Assembly: GCA_964342815.1 (NCBI GenBank)
Contig: CAYFHS010000041.1
Coordinates: 1-37,023 of the forward strand
Source: an uncultured archaeon
GTDB lineage: Archaea > Thermoplasmatota > Penumbrarchaeia > JASLWR01
Reading direction: 5' to 3'
Length of the DNA: 37,023 nt
Shown here piece after piece: positions 16,052 to 27,600 of this stretch. The notes beneath the pieces were generated by a model. It saw only the letters and a program-made list of their open reading frames with translations. It had not been told where the DNA came from and ran no database searches. Every line of letters starts with the position of its first letter. Position 1 is the first letter of the stretch. The position numbers were made by a program, and so were the translations under genes.

Positions 16052-17929
16052 TCAAATGGGTTTCACTTCCAGGGCATCCTCATTATCCTCGGGGATCACA
16101 TCCCCATTCACCGGTTTGGTGAATTCAAAGAGATTGTATACTTGGGTTGCATCTTTCACGCATTTCAGGTGCCTGTACGGGTGAGGGCCTATGGCGGCTC
16201 TCTTTTCCGCATCGGATCGAACCTTTTTCTTCATCAGAAGCAGAAAACCAAGAAATAGCGCAATACCGACCAGCGATATAAGAAAGGTGATGGGAATCGT
16301 AACCTGTGCCAGCAATCCCAGTGCACCCAGGATAGTGGATAGGGTGATGAAAACTGGGCGCGTTCTCATTGTCTTCTTCTTCCCTTCCCATTCTACGGAA
16401 TAAAGCTCAACATAGGGCGTAATGCGCCGACGGTACCAACCCTTCACCCTTACAAGCTTCCCGATCTTATCTTTGGTCCTGAATATACCCTCGAAGAGGT
16501 CGGCGAGTTTAACCACCTGATGATAGTCCACCAGCATCAGGGCTGTACCATCGTCGATCTTTAGGTCCTCGTTGAAGAACAGCCCTGGTACTCCCCTGCC
16601 AATGACCTCCCCCTCAAGAATGACGGGCACACCCCGAATGGGATTCGCCTTTGGATCGTCTATACAGTATTCCGCAGTGGATCTTCTGAAATCCATTGGG
16701 TACCTGTATAATATCAGATAGAGCATCAGGAAGAAACCTATGATGGTCAGCATGACTCCCACCGACGCAAGAAGATATATGGGCGTATCGGTTCCGTAGA
16801 ATCCACGCAGGAAAATGAAGGTCAGTATACCCACCGGGAATCCGCTTGTCCATCCATATCCGGCGGCGATGTCCTCTGCAAAATCGTCCCAGTAAGACTC
16901 GGGCTGGATAAGGTCGAAACCGACATAGGGCTTACGACCCATATCCTCCGAGATCTTGTCCAGCACCGTGATCCTCTTTGCCGGGAGCGGGTGAGTGGAT
17001 TTGAACTCAAGCCATTTGGCCCACGGATTCCAGAGGTCCCAGGCCATGGCCTCCTTAATGTCCTCCTTGGTAAATTCGCCGCCCTTTCTCTTGAGAGATT
17101 CCGCATTGAAGGCAAGGGCACGCCCAGACCTCGGATCGGAGATCATCAGAGCGTTCTCGTACCTGAAGTGCGTCTTAGTTTTATCCCCCTTCCCCTCGGA
17201 GGCCAGACCATAAGCGATCTTTACAAGCGCTGATGAGAGGGCGTTAGGATCCCTGGTGGTCCTTGCGGAGAATCCGTCCGCCCAGTATTCCCGGTAACGT
17301 GAAACCAGCAGCACAAAGAACTGGGTGATGATGTATAGAGCGAAAGCTATGACGCCGACTATTGCCACATACCCTTTTCCCTTACCTCCCCCGGGTCTCT
17401 TTGCACTCTCGAAACATCCCCTGGCAATGATGTAGAATAATATGGGTATAGCGCTAATAACGGTCATAATGACAAAATCGTTATGGACGATATGGCCGAG
17501 CTCGTGGGCGATAACTGCTCTCTTCTCCCTTGTATTGCAGTACTTGTCGATGCCTCTGGTATAGACCAGAAAGGCATTGTTTCGGGTCCGGCCGTAACAG
17601 AAGGCGTTGGGATTGTCGTCCTCGACGATTCCGATCCGGGGAACCTTGACTTTGTTCTTTTCGCATACCTTGACAATAAAATTTGCAGTTGCGGGCTCCA
17701 GGCCTTTCAGACCCACCCATTTGATCTTGTAGATCCACCCAACGATCCAGGGTGCAACGGCCCATTGGAGCACTATAAAACCCATGGAGATCAGGATCAT
17801 GATTATCCATGAAATGCTCAGTATCAATCCTATGGCCAGGAATCCGATCATTAGAAAAAGTGCAAGGCTCAGAAAGGCCATGTTCATCCGATATCTGAGT
17901 CCCAAGCTAAGCACCTCATTCAGTATCAT
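16052..17929 (-). CDS. M48 (HtpX-like) membrane zinc metalloprotease with C-terminal extension
   Basis: AHELGH (HExxH), SRYREYWAD, STHP, DDNPNAF and several transmembrane segments. Confidence 0.9.
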   Translation of the reverse strand: MILNEVLSLGLRYRMNMAFLSLALFLMIGFLAIGLILSISWIIMILISMGFIVLQWAVAPWIVGWIYKIKWVGLKGLEPATANFIVKVCEKNKVKVPRIGIVEDDNPNAFCYGRTRNNAFLVYTRGIDKYCNTREKRAVIAHELGHIVHNDFVIMTVISAIPILFYIIARGCFESAKRPGGGKGKGYVAIVGVIAFALYIITQFFVLLVSRYREYWADGFSARTTRDPNALSSALVKIAYGLASEGKGDKTKTHFRYENALMISDPRSGRALAFNAESLKRKGGEFTKEDIKEAMAWDLWNPWAKWLEFKSTHPLPAKRITVLDKISEDMGRKPYVGFDLIQPESYWDDFAEDIAAGYGWTSGFPVGILTFIFLRGFYGTDTPIYLLASVGVMLTIIGFFLMLYLILYRYPMDFRRSTAEYCIDDPKANPIRGVPVILEGEVIGRGVPGLFFNEDLKIDDGTALMLVDYHQVVKLADLFEGIFRTKDKIGKLVRVKGWYRRRITPYVELYSVEWEGKKKTMRTRPVFITLSTILGALGLLAQVTIPITFLISLVGIALFLGFLLLMKKKVRSDAEKRAAIGPHPYRHLKCVKDATQVYNLFEFTKPVNGDVIPEDNEDALEVKPI

Positions 17930-18212
17930 ATATACAAATCGTATAATAAATTATTGCTGCCAGAATGTATGCCGCCTTCAAACTATCAACTCCTAAAAGA
18001 AGGAAAGAGCATTGATCGCGACATCCTTTCGGCACCGCATCATCAACTCCTTCCTCTCCGATCTCCTCATTCCTCCTTGATTCACAATCATTCGGTCTGC
18101 CATTGCTTACTATATACGGTCTTTCGAGTGGGATGCGGGTCCGCCCCTGATTGGAAAATAATGTGTATAATTTTAAATATTTAAAAATATAAATCCATTC
18201 CCGAGGTGTACT

Positions 18213-18689
18213 ATGAGCAAACTTGACGAAGAATGCTGCCCCCGCTTTGACCCCGAACCCTGGGACGACAAGATCATCGAATGGAACGATAAAAAATTCA
18301 TAAGGGACAAGGTTTTTACCTTATTTCATATACCGATAACTTTTGGCAAGGTTATGACAAGATTGAGCGAACGGGTGGAAAAGGCCCATGCCAAGATGCC
18401 GGACTGGCTCTGCCTGTCCCATCACACTTCGAAATGGAACATGGATCTGTATCTTGCGGTCACCAAGGAGATTCCCGGGGCCGACAACGTCAAACTGAGC
18501 GGCAAATATTTTACAAAAGTCTATGAAGGTCCCTACAAGGACACCGGAAAATGGTGCAAGGACTTTGAAAGACAGTTAAAATCAAGAAAACTTGATATGA
18601 AAACGATATATCAGTGGTACACTACCTGCCCCAAATGTGCCAAGAAATACGGCAAGAATTACGTGGTAATAGTTGCTGAATGCGGCTAG
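18213..18689 (+). CDS. Conserved small protein (often annotated 'hydrolase'; GyrI-like fold suspected)
   Basis: CCPRFDPEPWD N-terminus, YEGPY and YTTCPKCAKKYGKNYVV C-terminus. GAGGTG precedes the ATG. Confidence 0.7.
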   Translation: MSKLDEECCPRFDPEPWDDKIIEWNDKKFIRDKVFTLFHIPITFGKVMTRLSERVEKAHAKMPDWLCLSHHTSKWNMDLYLAVTKEIPGADNVKLSGKYFTKVYEGPYKDTGKWCKDFERQLKSRKLDMKTIYQWYTTCPKCAKKYGKNYVVIVAECG

Positions 18690-18691
18690 GA

Positions 18692-21600
18692 TCAACCGAA
18701 CTTCTTATCGTCCGGTATCTTCCCCGTATTTATCATCTCGTAGTCCGTCATCCGGTCGATCACATTTCCCTTCTCGTCCATGATCTCCACATCGTAATGA
18801 GTTACCCTCATGGGATCCTCCCCGGTTTCTCCCCTGTAAACGATCCGTGAAGTGAAATTCTTCGATTTCTTGGGTACCTCATAAAACTCGACCTTTTTTA
18901 TACCATTGGGTAACGACATGTTATCCCTGTGGTACATGTCGAACATACCGCAGGTCTGGAACCCGAACTCCCGGAACATGGGGCCGCTGAAGAAATGATA
19001 TTTATCGGTAAATGAGAAGAAATCTCCCACCGGCTCCCTGAACCTACCCCATCCAACCGCGTTCTTTTTTATTTTCTTACCGAGATCAGCCACGCTTCCA
19101 AGCACCTGGAAAGTGGGACCGTGGAAAAACCGGCTGTAGATACCGTCGAAATCGATAACTTCTCCCTTGGGGATCTTTCCTCTCTTCCCTTTCACCGACT
19201 TTGGCAGTTCGTTCTTCATTGTCACCGTTCCGGTAAAATGAATTCTTGGATCGCCCATTTTCAATCCCTGAGGATTGATGAAATCGCTCTCCACTGTTAC
19301 GTTTATAACTGCTTTTTTCTTGCTAACTTTGGCCGCCTCGCCAATTATTCTCACTTCAAGCGGGCGGTTCCGCAGGAGTTTTATAGGCATCTTGAATACG
19401 ATATCGTTTATCTCCACCGGATATAATTCCGGAAACATCAATCTCGAAGTCTGTGCAAACACTTCAACGCCCATTACCCCGGGCAGGTAGGGAGTCCCGG
19501 CAATGGAATGGTCTGTAAGATACAGGTCAACTTTTGTGTCGAGTTTTTTTTCCAGAATTATTTTTTTTCCAGGCTCGTGATGGTCCACCCTGTCAATGAG
19601 GGTGTATTCCGGCTTGTTATTATCAATAATTTGCTGCAGATCCCAGCTTTCTGGTGTCTGTCCGTCAGGAAGTATTATCTTGTCGGCATCCAGAAACGCT
19701 ACTTTTCCAGCAATGGTAACCTCGTTTTCCGGTCCGGAGTACAGTAATTCCTCACGAACCTTTTTCTTGCCGTACTCGAGAGGGATTAATGTTACTCCCG
19801 CATCGTCGAATATCTTCAACAGCGAGCCTCTGGTGGCCATGCCCACGCCTCTCCATCCGGTCCAGTTGGTACTTATGGATTTGCATTTTTTCCCGTACCG
19901 TTTCTGGTTAAGGTCCATGTACTTGTTCAAAAGATCGTTTGCCGATGAATAGTCCACCTGGCCAATGTTCCCGAACCGGCCCGCCACTGATGAGAACGTC
20001 ACGAACGCCTTAACATTATCCTTTTTCGTACTCTCGAATAGATTGAATGCCCCGTTTGCCTTCACGTCGAATACAAAAGCAAACTGTTCTGGTGGTTTTG
20101 CCGTGATAAGCTTTGATATTTCAATACCCGCAGCGTGTATTATGCCGTCGATTCGCCCGTATTTCTTTCGGACCTTGCTAAGGACTTCATTTATCCTATT
20201 ATGATCGGTCACGTCCGATGTGAAAAACTCCACGGTGGCCCCCATTTGTTCCATTTCCTTCATGTTGTTGTAAATGGTACGCGGCATGGTATATTTTTTG
20301 AATTCCCGCTCAACCATCACCGGGGTTGCCCGTTCACCACTGTCCTTCATCTCTTGGAATATTTTATTTTTCAATTCTTTTAACCCGTTCTCATCAAGAG
20401 CTGCAAGTTCCTCGATGTTATTGGGCATCTCAACGATATCGAGAAGGATCAAAGTGGGCTTGAAGTGAGCCGCGAGGTCCTTTGCGATCTCCGCTGTGAT
20501 ACCGAAACCCCCGCCTGGTATGACAAAGACCCAGTCCCCGGTAATATCGAGATTGGGTTTCTTGCTTGGATCCACCGCCCTATGATACATCTGAGCTATC
20601 TTTCGTACTCCTGCCTTGTAGCAAACTTCCAAACGCCCGTCCCCGTAACGTATCTCATTAACAATAAGCTTAGATGCCTTACCGGGTGATGTGAGTTTGC
20701 CGATATCGATGCATTTCACCTTTACCTTTTCGATTTCCTTGCCCAGGGCCTTCGTAAACCCGGTGATACCTCCGACAATGGGAGTTTTATATGTACCGTC
20801 TCCTTCCACACCGAATGAGCCTCCCATCTCTACAGCTGTCACAAAGAAACTACCGTTAGAAACCGATTCCGTAAGATCGCTTATGGTGGCCTTGGAAATC
20901 GCGAAGAGCGACTTTACCTTCTTTTTCGTTGCGCTCTTCCAGTCATCAAAATCCATCTTGTCAATTTCGGGTTCGTCGTCGAGACCCAGAAGATAAATTA
21001 CTCCACCCACCGACCCAAAGTCAGATTTTACCTTCCCCATTACTACTTTTTGAATTTCATAATCGGAAAGATCGAAGCTGTACGATCCCTTTTTCAGTTT
21101 TTTCTTGTCTGAATACAGGAAATCGATGACATTCGCCCCTTCTTTCTTCAGCAGCTTCTTGATCTCCTTTCCAACCCCCTTTTTATCCTGGACTATTATC
21201 AGGTTTAATCCTTTTAAATCGAGATTTACTTCGTCATTCAATGATTTCGGCACGTATCTTGTGAGGTATCTTCGCAGGTCCCTAGCCTCTCCCACAAGTT
21301 CAGGTTCCTCCACCTCAGCACCCTCGGGGGCAGGATCTTCCATTACTGTTTCATTCGTTCCTTTGACAAAGGAAACGTCATCACTAGAAACCCTTCCGGC
21401 AATGTATTGGGCAACGCTGCCTATTGTGGTATATTCGGAAAGATTTACACCTTCTTCTTGTTCAAGATTATAATGTTCACGGATGGCGGCAAACAACTCT
21501 ACCTGTTTCACAGTGTCTATCCCCAGGTCGGCCTCCATGTCGAGGTCAAGCTCCAGCATGTCCGGCGGGTATCCTGTCTTTTCGGCAACGATATCTATTA

Positions 21601-24600
21601 CCACCTTTTCGATCCCACTGGGCCCGCTAACGGATAAATCACCCTGACTTACGGATACTTCCTTCGCAGTTGTCTCCACGCTCATGGATTCACTGGCGGA
21701 ATCCGAGCTAGTCATTCCCAACCTCCCTGCGATGTAAGCAGCAACACTCCCTATTGTGGTGTATTCCGAAAGGTTCACTCCTTCCTCCTGTTCTAGTTCG
21801 TAATGTTCGCGGATAGCGGCGAATAGTTCCACCTGTTTTACAGTGTCTATCCCCAGATCGGCCTCCATGTCAAGGTCTAATTCAAGCATGTCCGGCGGAT
21901 AGCCTGTCTTCTTGCTTACTATGTCAAGTACAACCCTTTCGATCCCGCTGAGTTCGGTACCCAGCACGCCGGTCGTTGTAGCGGTATGGTCTGACCTGGG
22001 GGAAACACCCCCCGCACCCTTCTCACCGGCGATTGTTTCTGTTACCGTATCCGGGATTTCCTCGCCCAAGCTGCCTGCGATGTATTGGACCACGCTGCCT
22101 ATGGTTGAATAATTCGACAGGTTCACACCTTCTTCCTGTTCGAGTTTGTAATGTTCGCGGATAGCGGCAAACAGCTCTACCTGCTTCACCGTGTCTATGC
22201 CGAGGTCTGCCTCCATGTCGAGATCTAACTCCAGCATGTCCGGGGGATATCCGGTCTTCTCGCTTACTATGGAGATTACGACCTGCTCCAATCCGCTGGT
22301 GACACTGCCAGGTTCCATGACTATATCTTCGGGGGCACTCTGGTATGATTCACCCAGCCTGCCGGCGATATAACCAACGACACTGCCGATCGTCGAATAC
22401 TCTGAAAGGTTAACCCCCTCCTCCTGTTCGAGTCCGTAATGTTCGCGGATAGCGCCAAAGAGCTCCACCTGTTTTACAGTATCGATACCAAGGTCTGCCT
22501 CCATGTCGAGATCCAGTTCAAGCATATCAATGGGGTACCCGGTCTTCTCGCCTACAATTGCAATAACCGTTTTTTCAATTCCACCTTGAGGAGTGGATGG
22601 AGTAATGGAGGGTTGGGGGGGGGAGGGAGAAGGGGAAACCAAAGGTACAGGGGTCGGTGCCGCTACTACCTTAGGGGGTAACGCAGGGATTTTTGAAATT
22701 GCGCTCCCTTTGGCACGGGAAAGATCGTCCGTTATTCGAAGTGTTTTGTTAACCACTTCTATCTTGGCCACTCTCTGCTGTGATATCCTGTGAAGCCATC
22801 CGTCATATGTACCCTTATCAATAATCCTGAATTCATCAGTGTTCACTATCTTTGTAAGCGTCATTGCGATTTGTGAGCCGAAACCGGCTGAGAATCTCAA
22901 TGCGTATTTGTAGTATTTTCGTTCCCCCTTGGAGAGTCGGAGTCCCTCTAGGTAAGGGTCAGGTACTTTGTAATTCGCTATGGGCGGGATCTTGCCTTTT
23001 TGGAGCAATCTGATAGCGATGACATCCTCTATGCCGCATCCGAAAGCGTGACCGGTGAAACCCTTTGTGTTGGTGATAAGTATCTTCTTGTAATCCTCGC
23101 CGAAAGTGCCCTCGAGAGCGTCCTTCTCCGCGTTGGAACTGCCGCCTCTTGCCGGAGTGTACGTTTCATGGGATATGAAGACCATGTCATCCACGAGACT
23201 TTTCCTTGCAAACCCGTACCTGCGCTCCAATCTCTCGAAGAAATGATTCATCTCTGCCGCCACATGTTTTGTGTCCAGGCGCGTGGCATGATAGGCGCTG
23301 TTCGCCATGTAGGTACCCATCAATTCCACTATCGGGTCCATGCCTCTATTTGCCACATCTTCGGCCCGTTCCAGTACCATCCCAGCAGCCCCCATTCCGA
23401 CTATGAGCCCTTTTCGCCTTTTATCGAAGGGAAGCGCCGCTTCTTCAAGATTTCCCTCGGTAGTTGCAGCTCCATTGGCCAACAGGGATGTTACCAGCCA
23501 TTCCATGTTGTACTTTGCAGTTGGAGCATCTCCCGAAATGAGAAGTACACGCCGGCATCTACCCATCCTGAGGAGATCCTCCGCCATACCCACTCCCTGA
23601 GTGGTTGTTGCACAGGCCGAGTTATTATGTATGTTCGGACCCCTGGCATTGATGAGCTGAGCGAACTGGGCATGACCGAGGGAGAGAACATTGAGCATGA
23701 ATTTTCTGTTGAATTCGTAAACCGGCATATCGTCGAGTCCATTGGATAGGTCCGAGTACAGAGTGGCGAACCGGTCTGTGAGCTCCTTTTTGATGTCATC
23801 ATTTTCCACCCTGCTTATTAGGGATGCGTAAAGGTTCAGAAGCTCCCGTTTCGCCCCGGGCCCGTATTTGTCCATATAATATTCCGATGTCAATTTCAGA
23901 AGTTGGTCATAACCCGGAAAAGTGGTGGAAAAAATTATCGCCGTATCCTCCTGCATTTCTGGGGGAAGCTCCCAGTTCCCTGGAAGATAATTACCCGTTG
24001 ATGTTCGGTTGTACTTCTTGACAAGAGGTATCCCGGCGTCTCTCATGGCTTCCAGTCCGGCGGCAATGGCCAGCATGGAGGATATATCTAGTGCCTTTAT
24101 AAGTTCTTCTTCGATCCCATATTCTTTGTGAAGGTCGAATCGCCCCATCTGGCCCGCCAGTTTGATCACATGGGAATCATCCTCGATCCTCTCAAAGTGA
24201 GCCTGGCCGTTACTGGCCTTGAAAAGCTTTACGATGTTCTTGTCCAGGAACTTTTTTCGATACTCCTTATCTATTGTATCTATCAGGTTTACACCATCAA
24301 GGATGAGATCGGTATTCTTCTCATCGAAAACTTTTTTGAATTTCCCCGGAAGACCAAGTCCGGCTCCAGTGATAACTATTTGATCAAGATAGAGGTTCAA
24401 GTTCTTTACCTTCCTGCCAAGTTCGATGTATTCCGCTATCTCCGGGGTTGCGACCTTATTTGTCATCTGAAGCGGCGGTGCAAATCTCTCTTTCGACATT
24501 CTCATCTCCGGATGAATGTCGGTTTGGGCCCCTGGAGCCCTTGCTCCCATGGCTCTGCCGGCTGATATAAATTGAGTGGTAAAGAGATTTCCGTCATTGG

Positions 24601-27600
24601 AAGGGTCATACTGTTTTATCGGAACACCACAGGAACTGAGTGCGGCCAATGCTTCGTTAAATGATTGGATTCCTCCCTTCTTCGGATGATTAGTGAGGAT
24701 TGCTCTGTGAGGCCGTTCGCTGAATATGTTTTTAACAGAGATGGTAAGGGCCCTTTTTGATCCCACTTCCACGAAAACCTTGACCCCGAGTTCATTGTAC
24801 ATGGTTTCCATTTCCTTTACCCATTCCACCGCCCCGGCCACCTGTTCCTTCAAAATATCGCGGATCTCTTCCGGGGCGTCTTCCCCGGTGGGATAAAGTC
24901 CGCCGTGGACATTGGTCAATGTTGGTATTTTCGGAGCATGAATTGGTATATTGGAGAGAAATCTCCGAAGAGGTTTCTTTGCCGGGGCGACGATGTTGGA
25001 ATGAAATGCATGAGAAACGGGCAGCATGATGCAGTTCACGCCCGATTCCTTTAGTTTTTCCACAGCATCTACTACCGCCTGGCTTTCTCCAGAGATCACG
25101 TTTTCTCGGTAAGAATTCTTGTTCGCTACAATTGCATAACCTTCGATCGAATCCAGTACTTCCTGCACTTTCATCTCATCTGCTCCGATTGATGCCATCT
25201 TACCTTTATCGTCTATCTGTACATTGGCCATCTCCCTGCCTCTGGCGGCAGCAGCACGAAGGGCGCTCTCGAAATCCATCACACCACTGGCCACCAGAGC
25301 GCCGTACTCACCTAGTGAATGACCGGCAACAGCTGCGGGCTTAACCCCGAATTGATTCAGCAAGCGATATAGTGCGATGTCCCCGGTTATCATTGCCGGC
25401 TGAGTGATCTCGGTCTTCCTGAGATCGGCGATCTTCCCCTTGACAATATCTTGGTCTTCACCATCATCCGAAAAAATTATATCAGTTAGAGGTCTTCCAT
25501 TGATACCCGTCATAATTATGTCGGATTCATCGAAGGTTTCCTTGACTATTCGGTATTTTTCACCCAGATCCCTGAGCATGTTGAGATATTGGGAACCCTG
25601 GCCCGGAAAGATGAAACCCACCGTGGGAATATCTCCATCCCCCGATTTTATTTCATTTATCGATTCCGGGTCGTTATAAAATATCCCTCTGGTTTCCAGA
25701 ACGAACATCCTGTCTCGATTTTCCAGATGTTCCCAAGATAGGTTCAGTTTTGCTATGAGATCTTCGGGGTTTGGGGAGGCAATGCTGAGGCGGTATCCGT
25801 TATTATTAACCGGTCCTAAATGAGTGTTAATATTATGGGTGAATTCCGAGAGCCTGAATCCTGCGAGCGATTTTTCGCGCTCCAATCCCTCCTTGACTTC
25901 ATGAACCATCTTTTTTAATTCCTTAAGGTTGGCCGACGTTAGGCAAAGCATAGTCCCTTCCAGATGCTCCTTATTCTCCAGATACTCATCCAGATCGAAA
26001 TCGGATGGGATATATTCTTGCACATCTGGTGCCGATGTTTTTACTATTGAATCCAAACTTTGCGTTTTCCGTACATGGGGTAGTTGAACTTGGGGTATGG
26101 ATACCGGATATTGTCCTGTGTATTCCTCAAGGGTTATATGAAAGTTGGATCCCCCGAAACCGAAAGAACTCACACCGCCTCGCAGCGGATATTCCCTCCC
26201 GTTTATAATTGGTCTTTTCCAGGGCTTTTGCTCTGTTGCTACGTAAAGAGGTGTTTTCCCTAGATCGATCTGATTGTTGGGCACTCTGTAATTGATTGTG
26301 GGTGAAATTATCTTCTTATTCAGCGCCAGGATCATTTTTATCATCCCTGCTACTCCCGCGGCGCTTTTCAGGTGGCCAATTTGGGATTTTATGGAACCGA
26401 TTCCCACAGATCCCTTCCCAAGATTGCACTTTGACCATATGTCGGCAAGGGTCTGGAGCTCCACTGCATCTCCCACAACGGTTGATGTTCCGTGGGCTTC
26501 AACAAGCGTCACCGTCTCGGGACCATAACCGGCCTTATCGTGGGCCATCTCTATAGCCTGGAGCTGGCCCGGGGGATTGGGGGCAGTTATCCCCTTCCCT
26601 TTTCCGTCGCTTGAAGATCCGATCCCCCGGATCACCGCATATATCCGATCTCCGTCCTCCATGGCATCGGATAGACGCTTCATGACCAGTATTCCGGCAC
26701 CTTCCCCCATGACAAAGCCGTTGGCTCCGGCATCGAACGGCCTGCTACCGTCCTTGGACAGAGCGCCGATCTTGCAGAATTTAATATAGGTAGGAGGGTT
26801 CATTGTCCTGTCGACTCCCCCAGTTATCACCATGTCATAATCCCGGGCCCAGAGTCCCTTTATGGCAGTGTCTATAGCTGCCAGTGACGAGGCGCATGCT
26901 GCATCGGTGGTAAAGTTTGCTCCCTTGAAATTGAATACACTGGCGACCCTTGCGGCTACAATATTTGATAATTCTCCGGGCATTGTATCTTCATTTACAG
27001 GGGGCAGCCCCATGGAAAACTTTTCTTCCATCCTTTTAATGGCTTCGATCTTCTCCAATTCCGGAACGGAAGTGAATAATCCGTTCTCCTCAGCTACCTT
27101 GATGAACTCCTGAAGATGAATTCTGTTGTTGTTGATATCCCGATATTCCCCTCCTTGGGCGTTAGCAATGATAACCGCGATCCTGGTTCGGTCAATATCC
27201 TTGTGGTGATATCCCGAGTCTTCCCAGGCTTGTTTTGTAGCGGCCAGGGTCCAGAGCTGGATCGGGTCCACGTGTGCCACTGTGGTTGGCGGTATCCTGA
27301 AAGCGAGCGGATTAAATTGAAATCCATCCACAAAAGCACCGATTTTCGAGTATGTCTTGTTCAGAACTGTGGGGTCGGGGTCATAAAAAATATCTTTATC
27401 CCATCTATCATCGAAGATCTCTCTGATGGAATCCTTCTTTGATCGGATGTTGTTCCAGAAGCTATCAATTGTGAGAGCATCGGGCATGATGCAGCCCATA
27501 CCGATGACGGCAATAGGCTCAAATTTTGATTTGTAATAATCCTCGAAGAATTCGTTGTGGATCAGTGGATCACCCACAGATGAATCTGTGGATGGAGATC

